Assembly: GCA_963695855.1 (NCBI GenBank)
Contig: CAVOHZ010000010.1
Coordinates: forward strand, 1,344,001-1,408,000
From: an uncultured Nitrososphaerales archaeon
GTDB taxonomy: Archaea; Thermoproteota; Nitrososphaeria; Nitrososphaerales; Nitrososphaeraceae
DNA: 64,000 nt
Reading direction: 5' to 3'
Shown in pieces: positions 1 to 10,844 of this stretch. Both the position numbers and the translations under genes were made by a program. The notes beneath the pieces were generated by a model that saw only the letters and a program-made list of their open reading frames with translations, searched no databases and was not told the DNA's origin. How positions within the stretch are numbered: the stretch's first letter is position 1; each line of letters starts with the position of its first letter.

Positions 1-614
1 AGCGCTTCTATGAGAAACTGGGATTTCGCTTGGATATCGACTACGTCGCCAACCAGGACTTTCGGGTGATACAATTCACTCCTCCAGGTTCTGAGGCGTC
101 GATCATCTTCGGCAAGGGGATTACTTCCTCTCCGGCGGGCTCAATCGACCCCCCAGTCTTGGCGGTGTACGACATAGACGCCGCCCGAGACGATTTGATC
201 GCCCGAGGCGTCGACGTAAGCGAGGTTTTCCACTACGCCGGCGGCCCCTTCAATAACGCCGTGGAGAATCCACGCGTCGGAGGACACGACCCGCAAGGTC
301 GTTCTTATTACTCGTTTGCCTCCTTCGAGGATCCAGACGGGAACGGCTGGCTGCTCCAGGAGATCCAGACACGGCTTCCAGGCCGCGAGTGGAACTTGAC
401 GCGACCACAGGCCATGGACGTTGCAACCTTGGCAGGGCTCCTCCGCGAGACAGCAGAACATCACGGCCACTTCGAGAAGACACACGTCGAGCATAACTGG
501 TGGGACTGGTACGCGCCTTATCTGAGTGCTCGTCAGAGCGGCACCAATTCAGAGGAGGCAGCAGCCGTCGCTGATCGCTATATGGAGGAGGTCCTTCACG
601 TTCTTCCACGATGA
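1..614 (+). CDS. VOC/glyoxalase family protein (5' end probably outside the window)
   Basis: FRVIQFTPPGS...SFASFEDPDGNGWLLQE glyoxalase motifs; DNA is much more GC-rich than the window background. Confidence 0.85.
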   Translation, partial: RFYEKLGFRLDIDYVANQDFRVIQFTPPGSEASIIFGKGITSSPAGSIDPPVLAVYDIDAARDDLIARGVDVSEVFHYAGGPFNNAVENPRVGGHDPQGRSYYSFASFEDPDGNGWLLQEIQTRLPGREWNLTRPQAMDVATLAGLLRETAEHHGHFEKTHVEHNWWDWYAPYLSARQSGTNSEEAAAVADRYMEEVLHVLPR

Positions 615-919
615 TACCGTTCGAGTGGCACCATTATTCGAGTACGTCGGCCGCTGGGGTGGCGGCGGGGGCTTACTCGCGCTCATGCTCAGAAGCGACG
701 CACAGTTCCGAGTTGTTCTGATGGTGTGAAGTCTGCCGACTCTATCGTGCGCCGCAGAGCTGCACCATGGCCCGGAAGAAAAGAAGGAATCGAAGTGAGT
801 TTGATAGTCTAATAATTAATCGATTACCAAAAAAAGACTTTTAGATTTATTGTTCAAAAAACAAGAGGCTAATAGTTGTTTTTTGTGGTTGCTCTTTTTT
901 CCATCTTTTTTGCTAATTA

Positions 920-1005
920 TTCTTAAAGTCACCTACTGCTACCGGAGAATGGCGCATCTGCAACTGTGAAATTATTTGCAGTACCAAACGCGCCGTCAGT
1001 ATTTC
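920..1005 (-). pseudogene. FG-GAP/VCBS repeat fragment
   Basis: Manual minus-strand translation gives DGAFGTANNFTVADAPFS then, after a frameshift, VAVGDFK; no start codon. Confidence 0.45.
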
Positions 1006-1446
1006 ACAAAAGTATAGACACGTTATCATTATCCTAATTAGCACTTCATGCAGAATATAGATTAAGATTTTGATCTATATTCTACTATTTAATTAATGAC
1101 TAGTAGATTCATTTGGTATTTTACAAATATCTGAATTATCTAGCATTTGATAACAACCAATTTACCTCAAACAATTGATTTTGAAAATCAGTTTTTTATT
1201 TATTGGTTGAAAAAGTACAATTAAGTTTATCATAATTATTAGTTGTTGTAATATTAAAGAACCGGTTTTTATCTAATATTATTATCATAAAAGAATTTAA
1301 CTATGTTTTCATTGTGGAATTATTTGATGGACGTATTTCAATATTTGGATTATTTTTAAGCATTTTAGAAAGATAATTAAGATCAGTATTAATTTTATTC
1401 CGTAATAAAATTCTAGTTTTTGTTTCTTTATTGTGATTTAATAATT

Positions 1447-1660
1447 TTAATAATAATTGAAATAAGTTGGGAGATGTGTTATTTTGTCTCGAGCTGAATT
1501 ATAAGGCAAAGGAGAAACTCTCCCTGCGTAATCAGCATTTAGTCTTTCAATGAGGCCTGCTGCCTTCAGCGCATCAGGAAAAAGTTCTACTCCTGTTGGT
1601 CGTAATCCTAGAATTGAAGGGGTATCTATAATTGTAAAATGTGACGGCAATATTATCTTT
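1447..1660 (-). pseudogene. Arginase-family N-terminal fragment
   Basis: IIDTPSILGLRPTGVELFPDALKAAGLIERL resembles an arginase N-terminus; truncated and adjacent to IS5. Confidence 0.6.
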
Positions 1661-1700
1661 TTAAGAATAATTGAAGAGTTTATATAATTATAGTTAGTTG

Positions 1701-2717
1701 TGGTTTGTTGCATAACTCGTTTAACCAATCGTTCTCATTATTATATAATTGATTGATAATTATGTAACAGTTATACTTTGAAACCAGTTATACAACGATG
1801 CTTTCAACATTATCTCTCTTATCATGTTCTCTAACCTGATAGCAGTAACATATTCACCAAACATTCTCTTCATAGAGGAAAAAACAGATTCTACCATCCA
1901 TCTTTGTCCATAGCGTACACTATCTTTCCATTCTTGCAAATCATTCTTCTGCATTTTCACCATCTTGTTTCTAAGGTAATGATTGGTCTTGTTTCTGCAT
2001 CTAGAATTCTTTCTTACCTTTATTGCTGGTTGTATGCCTTTAAATGATAGAAACTGAAAGATCTTGTTGCTATCATAGGAACCATCCATGATAGCAGTAT
2101 CTATTACCTTATTCTGTTTTATTGCTATATAATCAACCAATTTTGGAAGTACTTTTACATCATGTACTTCTTCACTAGTAACATCTAATGATAGAATTCT
2201 CTTCTTTTTTATATCGACTGCTAAATGTATCTTTAGATATCCTCTTTTTACATTCCACTTGTGTCTAATCCATTCACCCCTCTTAGATACCTTTATACCG
2301 GTAGAATCAATTGCAATAACAAAATTATCATCATGCAAGTTAGATTTGGTTATATCATCAGAAATCTTGATATCCAGTCTATTTATTCTTCTGCTAATGT
2401 TACTATAATCTGGAATTGATGGCAAAGTGTTTGAAGCATGTTCTCTTACTACTCCTTCAGTTTGTCTGTAGGGTAAGTGAAAGTATGCTCTCATGTATCC
2501 CAATAACTTGACAAATGAATCTGGATATACGAATTTCCTACCTTCCTTTTCCTTATTCATCTTCTCTAGTTCAGTATTCCAGTTATCTATAACATCAAAA
2601 TCCAGTAATACCTCACCACGTTTAACAAGAGATTCGTTGTAATTTCTCCAGTTCACATAATATGACTAGAATTGGTTAGCTAAATGTGTTGAGAAGAACA
2701 AGTTGTGCAACAAGGCA
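1701..2717 (-). mobile_element. IS5-family (IS903-like) insertion sequence
   Basis: Imperfect TIRs tggtttgttgcataact (1701-1717) / agttgtgcaacaaggca (2701-2717); flanking direct repeat gttagttg at 1693-1700 and 2718-2725. Confidence 0.88.
1760..2656 (-). CDS. IS5-family DDE transposase, apparently intact
   Basis: NWRNYNESLVKRG, AIDSTGIK, MDGSYD, YGQRWMVESVFSSMKR motifs. Confidence 0.92.
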   Translation of the reverse strand: MNWRNYNESLVKRGEVLLDFDVIDNWNTELEKMNKEKEGRKFVYPDSFVKLLGYMRAYFHLPYRQTEGVVREHASNTLPSIPDYSNISRRINRLDIKISDDITKSNLHDDNFVIAIDSTGIKVSKRGEWIRHKWNVKRGYLKIHLAVDIKKKRILSLDVTSEEVHDVKVLPKLVDYIAIKQNKVIDTAIMDGSYDSNKIFQFLSFKGIQPAIKVRKNSRCRNKTNHYLRNKMVKMQKNDLQEWKDSVRYGQRWMVESVFSSMKRMFGEYVTAIRLENMIREIMLKASLYNWFQSITVT

Positions 2718-2856
2718 GTTAGTTGCTATATAATAGCGAGATCTCTTCATTCATAACCGTGATATGATTCTCTTTTTGGTTTTCTTTGATGAATTGTAAC
2801 TACTAACTATACTTTTACTCTACTTATTTTTATAATATACATAGTATAGTGAAACC

Positions 2857-3285
2857 ATGAGTAAATCAAATTTAATAGAAAAGAGAGAGAAAGAAAAGAA
2901 CGACTTTGGAGATGAAGTCCAGACAGTTATTTATCATTTTCCAAAAAAGGATCATGATAAAATGGTAGAATTTACTAAGCCATTTACTGATATATTTAGG
3001 AAACATGGTGTTCTACACTGGGGTATATTTCAGCTAAAAGATACTGAAAATATGGTAGAATTTACTAATATAGCCAAAACCCTATCAGCTAATTTAGATG
3101 AGGAAGAAGTATGGATAGAGATATTTTACTACAAAGATAAAAAACATAAAGATGAGGTTATGGAAAAAATGAAGAGTGATAAAAGTTGTGAACAGAGTTT
3201 TCAAGAATTTATGAAACTTGTAACCCCTGGATCTAGTGTGATCATTGGAGATTTTAATAGTGTCAAGGATATAGAGTTTATTTGA
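2857..3285 (+). CDS. DUF1428-like protein
   Basis: EEVWIEIFYYKDKKHKDEVMEKM...IIGDF pattern; AT-rich promoter-like region upstream. Confidence 0.7.
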   Translation: MSKSNLIEKREKEKNDFGDEVQTVIYHFPKKDHDKMVEFTKPFTDIFRKHGVLHWGIFQLKDTENMVEFTNIAKTLSANLDEEEVWIEIFYYKDKKHKDEVMEKMKSDKSCEQSFQEFMKLVTPGSSVIIGDFNSVKDIEFI

Positions 3286-3389
3286 AATTACAAGAAAATG
3301 GATGTAAATGTTATAGGCAATCAAAATAGATCCACAATTGTAATGGTGTATAACTCGTGATAAATAATAGCATAGATAGGAGTACAGCA

Positions 3390-3581
3390 ATGACTGAGGA
3401 AGTGGAAAAAGAAGTTGATAAGACTAACCAATATCAAAAATCATATGGAAGTAAATTACTACATGATAAAGTAGCTATTGCTGTACATGGAGCAGTTGGG
3501 AGTCAGATTGCTCGTAAATTTTCTAAAGGAGATAAAGGTTTTCCTTTAAGGACAACTTGTCCAATGATAGTTGAGAGTTGA
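3390..3581 (+). pseudogene. SDR oxidoreductase N-terminal remnant
   Basis: LLHDKVAIAVHGAVGSQIARKF is a degenerate Rossmann start; truncated. Confidence 0.45.
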
Positions 3582-4650
3582 AGAGTTGAATATTATGAAA
3601 AAGATAATACCATTTTCAGTTTTGACAGTATCAGTAAAGAACATATTCTTAATTTCAATAATTATAATTATTGCTATTTTTCCATTCTTTATCCAACAAC
3701 AAATGATGGCACAACAGCAACAACAACAACAGATTCTATCTAATCAAAAAGTACCAAATATAGAAAGCCCAATTAGGGGACCTGATAATGTTCCTATGTT
3801 TTCCCATCATAAAATATATGTTAATGGTATTGAGCTTCACTATGTGATAGGTGGAGATGATATGCAAGGAGACCCCATAGTCTTACTGCATGGTTTTCCA
3901 CAAACTTGGTATGAATGGCGACACATTATTCCGCAATTAATAGCCAATAACTATACAGTAATAGCTCCAGATATGAGAGGTCTAGGAGATTCAGAAAAGC
4001 CACAAACAGGATACGACAAGAAAACTGTTGCAGAAGATATTTACCAATTAGTAAAGAAGTTAGGATATAGTAAAATCTATCTTGTGGCACATGATATGGG
4101 AGGACCAGTTGCATATTCTTATGCAGCTGCACATCCTCAAGATGTACGTAAAATGGTTATACTTGATACTCTATTACCAGGCTTTGGGGTTGAAGAAGCA
4201 GCAAACTTTTCACCAAAGGGATTATGGCATCTTTCATTTCATGCAGTGAGAGATCTACCAGAGAAATTGACTGAAGGAAAAGAAGACATATATCTTAATT
4301 GGTTTTATGATCATTACTCTTACAATCAATCTGCAATAACATCAGAAGATAGAGAAGAGTACATTAAACAATATTCTAAACCTGGTGCAATGCGTGCAGG
4401 TTTTGAATACTATAGAGCAGTTTTTGAAGATGCAGAACAAAACAAAGAATATGCCAAAGAGAAACTTGATATGCCAATATTGACAATAGGTGGAGAAGCG
4501 GGAGTAGGTAACTTGACTACAACTTCATTTCAAAGAGTTGCAAACAATGTTACAGGAATAACGTTACCAAATACAGGGCATTTCATACCAGAAGAAAGAC
4601 CAAATTTCCTGACAAAACAGGTACTAGAGTTTCTCAAATATCTTTTTTAA
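3571..4650 (+). CDS. Alpha/beta hydrolase (epoxide hydrolase/haloacetate dehalogenase-like) with N-terminal membrane leader
   Basis: HGFPQ, PDMRGLGDS, AHDMGG (Asp nucleophile), GHFIPEE; real start probably the ATG at 3595. Confidence 0.9.
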   Translation: MRVEELNIMKKIIPFSVLTVSVKNIFLISIIIIIAIFPFFIQQQMMAQQQQQQQILSNQKVPNIESPIRGPDNVPMFSHHKIYVNGIELHYVIGGDDMQGDPIVLLHGFPQTWYEWRHIIPQLIANNYTVIAPDMRGLGDSEKPQTGYDKKTVAEDIYQLVKKLGYSKIYLVAHDMGGPVAYSYAAAHPQDVRKMVILDTLLPGFGVEEAANFSPKGLWHLSFHAVRDLPEKLTEGKEDIYLNWFYDHYSYNQSAITSEDREEYIKQYSKPGAMRAGFEYYRAVFEDAEQNKEYAKEKLDMPILTIGGEAGVGNLTTTSFQRVANNVTGITLPNTGHFIPEERPNFLTKQVLEFLKYLF

Positions 4651-4792
4651 TAAAATAAATTTATTTTTTTTTGTTGGAAGAGACTATATTTTAGAAATAT
4701 TATTTACCAATCTCAAACATACATAAATCTTTCACTTTTTCTTATTTAGAATCCTGTCGAAATGATGGTATGATAATATGAAAAATTATTAG

Positions 4793-5548
4793 TTAGATCT
4801 GTGCCATACCTCCATCAACGGAAAGGTCGATGCCAGTTATATAACTACTTTCATCTGATGCAAGAAATGAAACCACTTTTGCTACTTCGTCAGGACTACC
4901 CATCCTATTCATTGGCACTGCGATTATTAGGTTCTTCTTTATTTGTTCAATCTGTTCTTTATTCTGAACCAAGCCTTCAACGGCAGGTGTATCTATTGGT
5001 CCAGGACTTACAGCATTAACACGGATTTTTCTGTTTCTCAAATCAACTGTCCAAGTTCGCGCAAACGAACGAACTGCAGCTTTGGTCGCATTATAAACAC
5101 TAAATGCCTCTATTCCTTTGGATGCAGCGATAGAAGCATTCAAAATGATAGAACCTCCATCCTGAAACAGCGGAAGTGCTTTTTGTACAGTAAAGAGGAC
5201 TCCTTTTACATTAATACTAAATATTTTATCAAAGTGTTCTTCAGAGATTTCTCCTAATGGAGAAAATTCTCCAATACCTGCATTTGCAAATAGAATATCA
5301 ATATGGTCTTTCTGCTCTTTCACAGTATTGTACAATTTATCAAGATCTGCCAGATTAGATACATCACCTTGAATACCAGTTACGTTTTTACCGATCTCTG
5401 ATACTGCTGCATCAAGTTCACTTTGACGACGACCTGTTATGAAAACATATGCACCTTCTAATATGAACCTCTTTGCAGTAGCTAAACCAATACCACTGGT
5501 TCCTCCAGTAATAACCGCAATTTTTCCTTCAAGTTTATTTTCATTCAT
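4793..5548 (-). CDS. Short-chain dehydrogenase/reductase
   Basis: [25 protein letters not shown]. Confidence 0.95.
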   Translation of the reverse strand: MNENKLEGKIAVITGGTSGIGLATAKRFILEGAYVFITGRRQSELDAAVSEIGKNVTGIQGDVSNLADLDKLYNTVKEQKDHIDILFANAGIGEFSPLGEISEEHFDKIFSINVKGVLFTVQKALPLFQDGGSIILNASIAASKGIEAFSVYNATKAAVRSFARTWTVDLRNRKIRVNAVSPGPIDTPAVEGLVQNKEQIEQIKKNLIIAVPMNRMGSPDEVAKVVSFLASDESSYITGIDLSVDGGMAQI

Positions 5549-6041
5549 CTTAAACTCACCTATTGTTATTAGATAACATAAGGTAATTATTTAAAGTAGT
5601 AAGTAATAATATAGTTATCAAGTAAATTTTTAGTAAGTTATTAAAAGAGAAAAGTGAGACACCGATTATTATTATATACATGATAAGAAATTTAGTTACC
5701 AATTAGAAATGAGAAAATTAATAATTTCAGTAGTCTAGATAAAAGTGATTGGAGTCAAGTAACCGTAACAATGATTGAAACAATTGTATCTTTATAGAGA
5801 AGTGATCTTGAAGAACACTTTACATATCTAATGTTAAGAATTCAAAAAAGATTTGATATTGAGATGTGTAATATTAGAGGTATCAAATGTTTTTCTTTTT
5901 TGAACAAGAATGAAAACTGACAACTTTTGCTAGTACTAATCAGGCCAGAGGTATAATGCTAGAACGGCAGAGTTAGACGAATAATGTCATTTTTCAACTC
6001 CGAAGTGTTTTTAACCTAACTCGGCCAGATAAAGTTGAAAA

Positions 6042-6266
6042 ATGAATGCGGAGGAAGCCAAGGCATTGTTGAAGGATAGAGGAGTTTCCGTTATGAATAT
6101 GCCTCATGGCTATATTGTAACGGTATCCAGACGGGAAGGCAGTCCGTCTCGTCGTATAGAAATGGATGAAATGGATGCCATCCTAGCACTTGGCAAGATT
6201 ACATTGCTTGCTGTTGAGGACACGGTTGGAGATATCCTTATCGAATGTTCGAAAAGGATCAAATAG
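6042..6266 (+). CDS. Small hypothetical protein
   Basis: Clean 74-aa ATG ORF; no recognisable motif. Confidence 0.5.
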   Translation: MNAEEAKALLKDRGVSVMNMPHGYIVTVSRREGSPSRRIEMDEMDAILALGKITLLAVEDTVGDILIECSKRIK

Positions 6267-6499
6267 GTCGTCAAATGAAGTCATCTTTACCAAGCATATC
6301 CTCTCCATTCTCAACAGCCATCCTTAACAATAGAGCAAATTGTTATATCTGGGATGAATAGCAACTAAACCTTTTTGATATTCAAGTAGTTGCTAAATGA
6401 TCCGATAAACCAATACCAATAATTACAGAAAATATAGTAAATAGAATGGTCACTAAATCTTCTAAAGTTTAATAAACTCTATACAGGATGCTTATAATT

Positions 6500-6963
6500 T
6501 TCCTAAAGTTGGTTATAATTAATTCCAAAATTCTTCCATGCATTTGGATATATTTCTGCTAGCTTTTCTGGATCATGTAATACATAATGCCTTCCACTAA
6601 CCGAACTAAATCTTCCCTTCCAGCTAATACTTTCGCCTCATCTACACTTAACATCTCTTTGAATCTGATTAGGTTATAATGCGTTTTTCATATTGCAATA
6701 TTATGCAATTCTTGCTTTCGCAACTTGAAGATAAGCTCTGCATAACAGGAAGAACTTGCTCTAAAATATTGATTTAAATCCTTACATTTGGATGGTGAAC
6801 TTCTTTCTTTTGTTCTTATCGGCTCACAATATGGAAACATCTGTCTATCTTCATTTTTGCCTATCAGTTTTTGCATTCTTACTTTCTTCATTAGTAGGCC
6901 TTTCAAAAAATAGTTTCGTTTGTTAAATAATAAATTAAATTTGAGAATATTTATAAACCCCAT
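6500..6963 (-). pseudogene. Tyrosine integrase C-terminal remnant
   Basis: Across frameshifts: FKLRKQ..HNI...LSVDEAKVLAGR / FSSVSGRHYVLHDPEKLAEIYPNAWKNFGI, resembling box II with the catalytic Tyr. Confidence 0.55.
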
Positions 6964-7528
6964 ATGTAAATTGTCTATGTGTCAGGCACAAACATGCAAT
7001 ATTGGTTACCATTTCATAGATTACTAGTTTGCCTAATTGGGGTCACTTTCTGAATAAGCCTAATCGTAGGTTTAGTTTCTGAGAATTCTTGGGCCCAAGA
7101 CTATAAAGCTAATAATGAACAAGGTTACTATGATTCAGTTTATCTGAGGAATTTGGATACTCATTCTATTAGATTTTCTTTAATGGCCCAACCTGAATTT
7201 GATCCTGTTGATTTTTATATAATATTTTATTGAAATTCCAGAAATAACCTTGATCATTAACACATTGAGATAGTTTCACGGCAGTAATTGAAAATAATAA
7301 TAGAAAAAATCTTTCCTTTAATCAAGAAAGAATAAGAAATGAAAAACGAAAAACTGACTTTCACTTATTATTATAGCGAGATAATGCTTATATGACTAGT
7401 TCTAGCACAAAAATAATTGTAGACATTCTACTACGGTTAAGAAACTAACAATAATGACAGTTTAATCATCAAAAAAGGAAGGATTAATTATGGTATTTTT
7501 ATTTCCGTTAAAAAAGGGATCTAAATCT

Positions 7529-8167
7529 TTACCAATAATTTGATTTGTTGTTGCTGCTGTTGTGGGGTATAATACATTCTTTATTTTCTTTGATCATTTG
7601 CTGCGATTTGAAGTACGCCATATTAAATACTAATAGATCTAACAACAAGTTATTTAGGGTGGTATTATACTTCTCGATTGTATCTACAAATTGTTTGACT
7701 CGTATAATGTCATTCTCAGTTAAACCTTTATCAAGTAGATTTCTCAAAATAATTCCTGTTGAACCCTGAGATAAAAGAATTAATCTCTTATTTTGTATTT
7801 CTTTATTTAAATCATATATCAAGTATTCAAGTCTTTTCTTTTCGTTTTCTAATGCTATATTTTTTTCATAACTTGAAAGAATTTCAAAAAATCGTTCTTT
7901 TATTTCTAGTGGATTCCTATCGTTTTCGGATGAGATCTCGTTTAAAACGTCTCGTATTTTTTTTAGATCCGGAAGACCGAAACCTAGTTTTTTTAGTTCA
8001 TCTAAACAATTTAACAATAGGGTTTTTGAGCTCAGAGAATCTGAATATTCGGAATCAATTTTCAAAGTTGTTTGAATGTCAATTTTTATCGTGTCACGTA
8101 TTCTTTTATTAGATTCAATTTGTTTGTCCAAACCTTCAAGAATCATTAATTTTTTGTAAGATTTCAA
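7529..8167 (-). CDS. Coiled-coil protein, C-terminal part of a split gene
   Basis: Overlaps the end of 8136-8906; LDELKKLGFGLPDLKKIR pattern as I recall it from thaumarchaeal coiled-coil proteins. Confidence 0.55.
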   Translation of the reverse strand: MKSYKKLMILEGLDKQIESNKRIRDTIKIDIQTTLKIDSEYSDSLSSKTLLLNCLDELKKLGFGLPDLKKIRDVLNEISSENDRNPLEIKERFFEILSSYEKNIALENEKKRLEYLIYDLNKEIQNKRLILLSQGSTGIILRNLLDKGLTENDIIRVKQFVDTIEKYNTTLNNLLLDLLVFNMAYFKSQQMIKENKECIIPHNSSNNKSNYW

Positions 8168-8906
8168 AAATATCCTTGTCCCTATATTTTTTTATTTTTT
8201 TTATAGTTGTAGCTAAAAAAGATATATCGTCGATTGGTATACCTTCCTTTTCTAAACCATCTTTAATATTCACATACCAGTCAAGTTTTGCCGATGATAT
8301 ACCAATTTTATCTTTCACCAAAGCATAATTCTCTTCTGCATCAGATTTTTCTTTTTCAAGGTTCTGAATATCCTCGGTCAAATTTTTAACTTTGTTTTCC
8401 AGTAACGCTTTCTCTTGTCTTTTTCCCTGGATAGATTCTTTCAATTGTGAAGGTGGGATCTCTTCTTTTGCTATTCTAATCATTTCCAGCAAACAATCCT
8501 GCATAACAGCCTTATTCACATCCAATTGGTTGCATAAACGATAAGCGTCTTTGAGGAAGATTTGTAGATTTTCATCATCAGATATTCCCAAATTATCAAG
8601 AATGTTTTTATATCTATATCCAAGTGCACATTCTTTTACAGTGAGATTTTCTTTTCTCAAGTGTACAACGAACTCTCTAATGGATTCAAGATCATATCCA
8701 GCTAGGGAATCTGAAAAAGTCTTGATTATGTTCGTGACAGAGCCCGTACTGATGCCACAATCTGCAGCATTTTCATCTCTAGCCATTCCCATTAGCCAGT
8801 TCTGTTTTACTTTAAATTCAATATATGATTCAATTTTTTCTGTCATATGAAAGTTATTCGAAAAAAAATTATTTAAAACTTTGAATGACGTCAAGATATC
8901 CGTCAA
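8136..8906 (-). CDS. HTH plus coiled-coil protein, N-terminal part of a probably frameshifted gene
   Basis: WLMGMARDENAADCGISTGSVTNII HTH-like segment followed by heptad-rich sequence; likely start MTEKIES at ~8846. Confidence 0.6.
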   Translation of the reverse strand: MTDILTSFKVLNNFFSNNFHMTEKIESYIEFKVKQNWLMGMARDENAADCGISTGSVTNIIKTFSDSLAGYDLESIREFVVHLRKENLTVKECALGYRYKNILDNLGISDDENLQIFLKDAYRLCNQLDVNKAVMQDCLLEMIRIAKEEIPPSQLKESIQGKRQEKALLENKVKNLTEDIQNLEKEKSDAEENYALVKDKIGISSAKLDWYVNIKDGLEKEGIPIDDISFLATTIKKIKKYRDKDIFEILQKINDS

Positions 8907-9279
8907 GTGGTCATCAAAACAGTCATTTCCGTCAAGAAATTCGTCAAGTTGTCTTGAATTGTGATCCAGGAGTTATCAATAGGCATGAAGATATAGAGGA
9001 CGATAAACTGAACAAACGTTAAGTTGTAGAGGCAAATTATGAAACTGAAATAATCGAATTATTTTATGAGCTAAAGGTCGCTAGACGTCGCTAATGAATA
9101 AATTTACCAACAAACGATAGAATAGATTATTTTAAAAAATTTAAAATTACTAAATCTTGATGAACTGATAGAGATTTATTGAGCATTCGTTCTCAATTAT
9201 TCTTATTTTAAATTTTTATAACTCGGTAAAAATATCAATTATCAATTCTCATCATCTAGTCGATTTACAAAGATATACT

Positions 9280-9450
9280 CAAGAATTACCTCACCAATCT
9301 TATGTCTCAGCGCTTTCTGTATCTCCAGAGCCTTCCTGTGGTATACAAGAGTCCTGTTATAGTAGTGTAGAGTTTGGTGGATGAGGTAAAGATATGTTCC
9401 TATATTTTCACCAATTTGTTTTCCAGTTTTCTCTTCCTCTAATATTTAAT
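9280..9450 (-). pseudogene. TPR protein fragment
   Basis: LHYYNRTLVYHRKALEIQKALRHKIGE resembles a TPR helix pair. Confidence 0.4.
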
Positions 9451-9458
9451 GCAAAATC

Positions 9459-9584
9459 TATATGTTCTAACGGTGGCAGAAGTTATTCTAGATAGATTGA
9501 TTCCTTTACAGATATTAGTTATATATGTTCTAACGCCGGTAGAAGTTGTTCTAGATAGATTGATTCCTTTACAGATATTAGTTA
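9459..9584. repeat. 63-bp tandem duplication within an IS481-like transposase 5' remnant
   Basis: Two near-identical units at 9459-9521 and 9522-9584; minus strand reads ITNICKGINLSRTT, cf. VTNICNRYHTSRKS in the IS481 transposase. Confidence 0.75.
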
Positions 9585-9713
9585 TTTTGGATTCTTCTAC
9601 TTTAGGTATGATAGACCATGGTCTAGTCTTCAGAGGATCCTACTGAGATCGAGTATCATTTATCTTATGTTATAGGATGTTATAAGATGTAACCAAAAAA
9701 TTTAAGACTTACC

Positions 9714-10067
9714 TTGTGGTTGGCAAGTCCGCTGGTTAGAAAAAAAGTTAAAGCTTATCATCTTCACGAACCAGAAGATGCTTTAGTATCAGCAATGATC
9801 AACGACAAAAAAATAACAAATGCAAAACAATCAAGATCATTTGTCATAGGAGATATGGATGAAAAGGATATCTCCTATCTACAAAAACAAGGTCTAATAG
9901 TTCAAGTAATAGAAGATGATCCAATCGTTAAGACTCCTGGGACAGATGCAAAGAAGCTTTGTAATATAGATCTTGATCAAAATCTGAATAATGAGATTCA
10001 ATTTGCAGAAAATCTAAAAATACTTTTAATCTCCTTGGGTATTGCCTTTTGTTTCTGGTGCTTTTAA
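9714..10067 (+). pseudogene. Possible N-terminal (propeptide) fragment of an S8 peptidase
   Basis: KVKAYHLHE...SFVIGDMDEKDISYLQKQGLIVQ; no catalytic domain follows. Confidence 0.35.
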
Positions 10068-10329
10068 TGCATACAAGAAATTACCTATGGCATTATTTTC
10101 TACATTGTGGTCAAACTGACTATCTGTTTGATTTTTTTGCTCTTGCTGCACCAATATTACAATATTATTATTGGTATGGGCCTAAATAAAATGACATTTT
10201 TGACACGGGCTCGGAGGTGTGTGAATTGTTTTTGACACAATATTTTTGGCCCATATGCTATCTTTGATTTATAATATCATGAGTTGATAAATAATAATAT
10301 TCTAAATAATCGTCCAAAATATTGATACG

Positions 10330-10500
10330 TTAATGGGTAGAAACAGAACAAAAACCAGAATGAGCTTCAAGCCATGCATAAAGATCCCTTATAACAGACT
10401 GCTGTATTGGGCCTATACCAGTTTGCCATTGAGATGAGGGATAGAATACATGACCAAGATTTGGATATGTGATTAGCATATGATCAGGATGTCTTACATC
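10330..10500 (-). pseudogene. Alpha/beta hydrolase C-terminal fragment
   Basis: HPDHMLITYPNLGHVF (catalytic His region); coding similarity stops at the GGCTCTG element boundary at 10501. Confidence 0.65.
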
Positions 10501-10505
10501 GGCTC

Positions 10506-10844
10506 TGACTATATGAAAATCTTTATTGGTACCAATCCCTTCTGTATTCAGGCTAGGTTCAAAGTTAACATACTCCGTACGAGAGTGAGGCTCTGACTGA
10601 ACCAATATCCGAGCGGCTATACTACTACCTCATAAAGAAGGTGAATAGATGTTTGCCGCCTGTTAGCCGACATAAAAAAAAGAAAATAAAATAAAAAAAG
10701 AATGAAAAAAAGCAAAATCAAGGGAAAGTAACAAGTATAGCATATGCTATTTTAGATAATTTTTAATATGATGAATTATAATAGAATATTACGCTTAACA
10801 GGAACATAAGGATGACCTGATACAGATAGAGATTTTCATAGATG
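10506..10844 (+). mobile_element. Non-autonomous IS1111/IS110-type mini element (RNA-only), copy 1
   Basis: TG-actat-ATGAAAATCT (10513-10522) ... AGATTTTCAT (10830-10839)-aga-TG; near-identical copy at 63616-63950 with different outer flanks; removing it restores GGCTCTGTTAA. Confidence 0.85.
10550..10670 (+). ncRNA. Predicted bridge/seekRNA of the mini element
   Basis: Two stem-internal loop-hairpin modules closed by ggcta/tagcc; loop strands match the target flanks (aagttaaca, gaggctctg) and the element right end (gaatagatg). Confidence 0.72.

Noticed and set aside
141-729. Alternative-frame ORFs over the VOC gene, and similar antisense ORFs over SDR, IS481, TrxR-like, epoxide hydrolase and ADH genes
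   Set aside because: Shadow ORFs of well-supported genes, with no motifs
3571-4650. Diversity-generating retroelement template/variable repeat pair with 62267-63283
   Set aside because: Differences are not adenine-specific, the repeat is gene-length, and no reverse transcriptase is present
10330-10605. 91-aa ORF as a real gene
   Set aside because: Chimera of mini-element antisense sequence and a hydrolase C-terminal fragment
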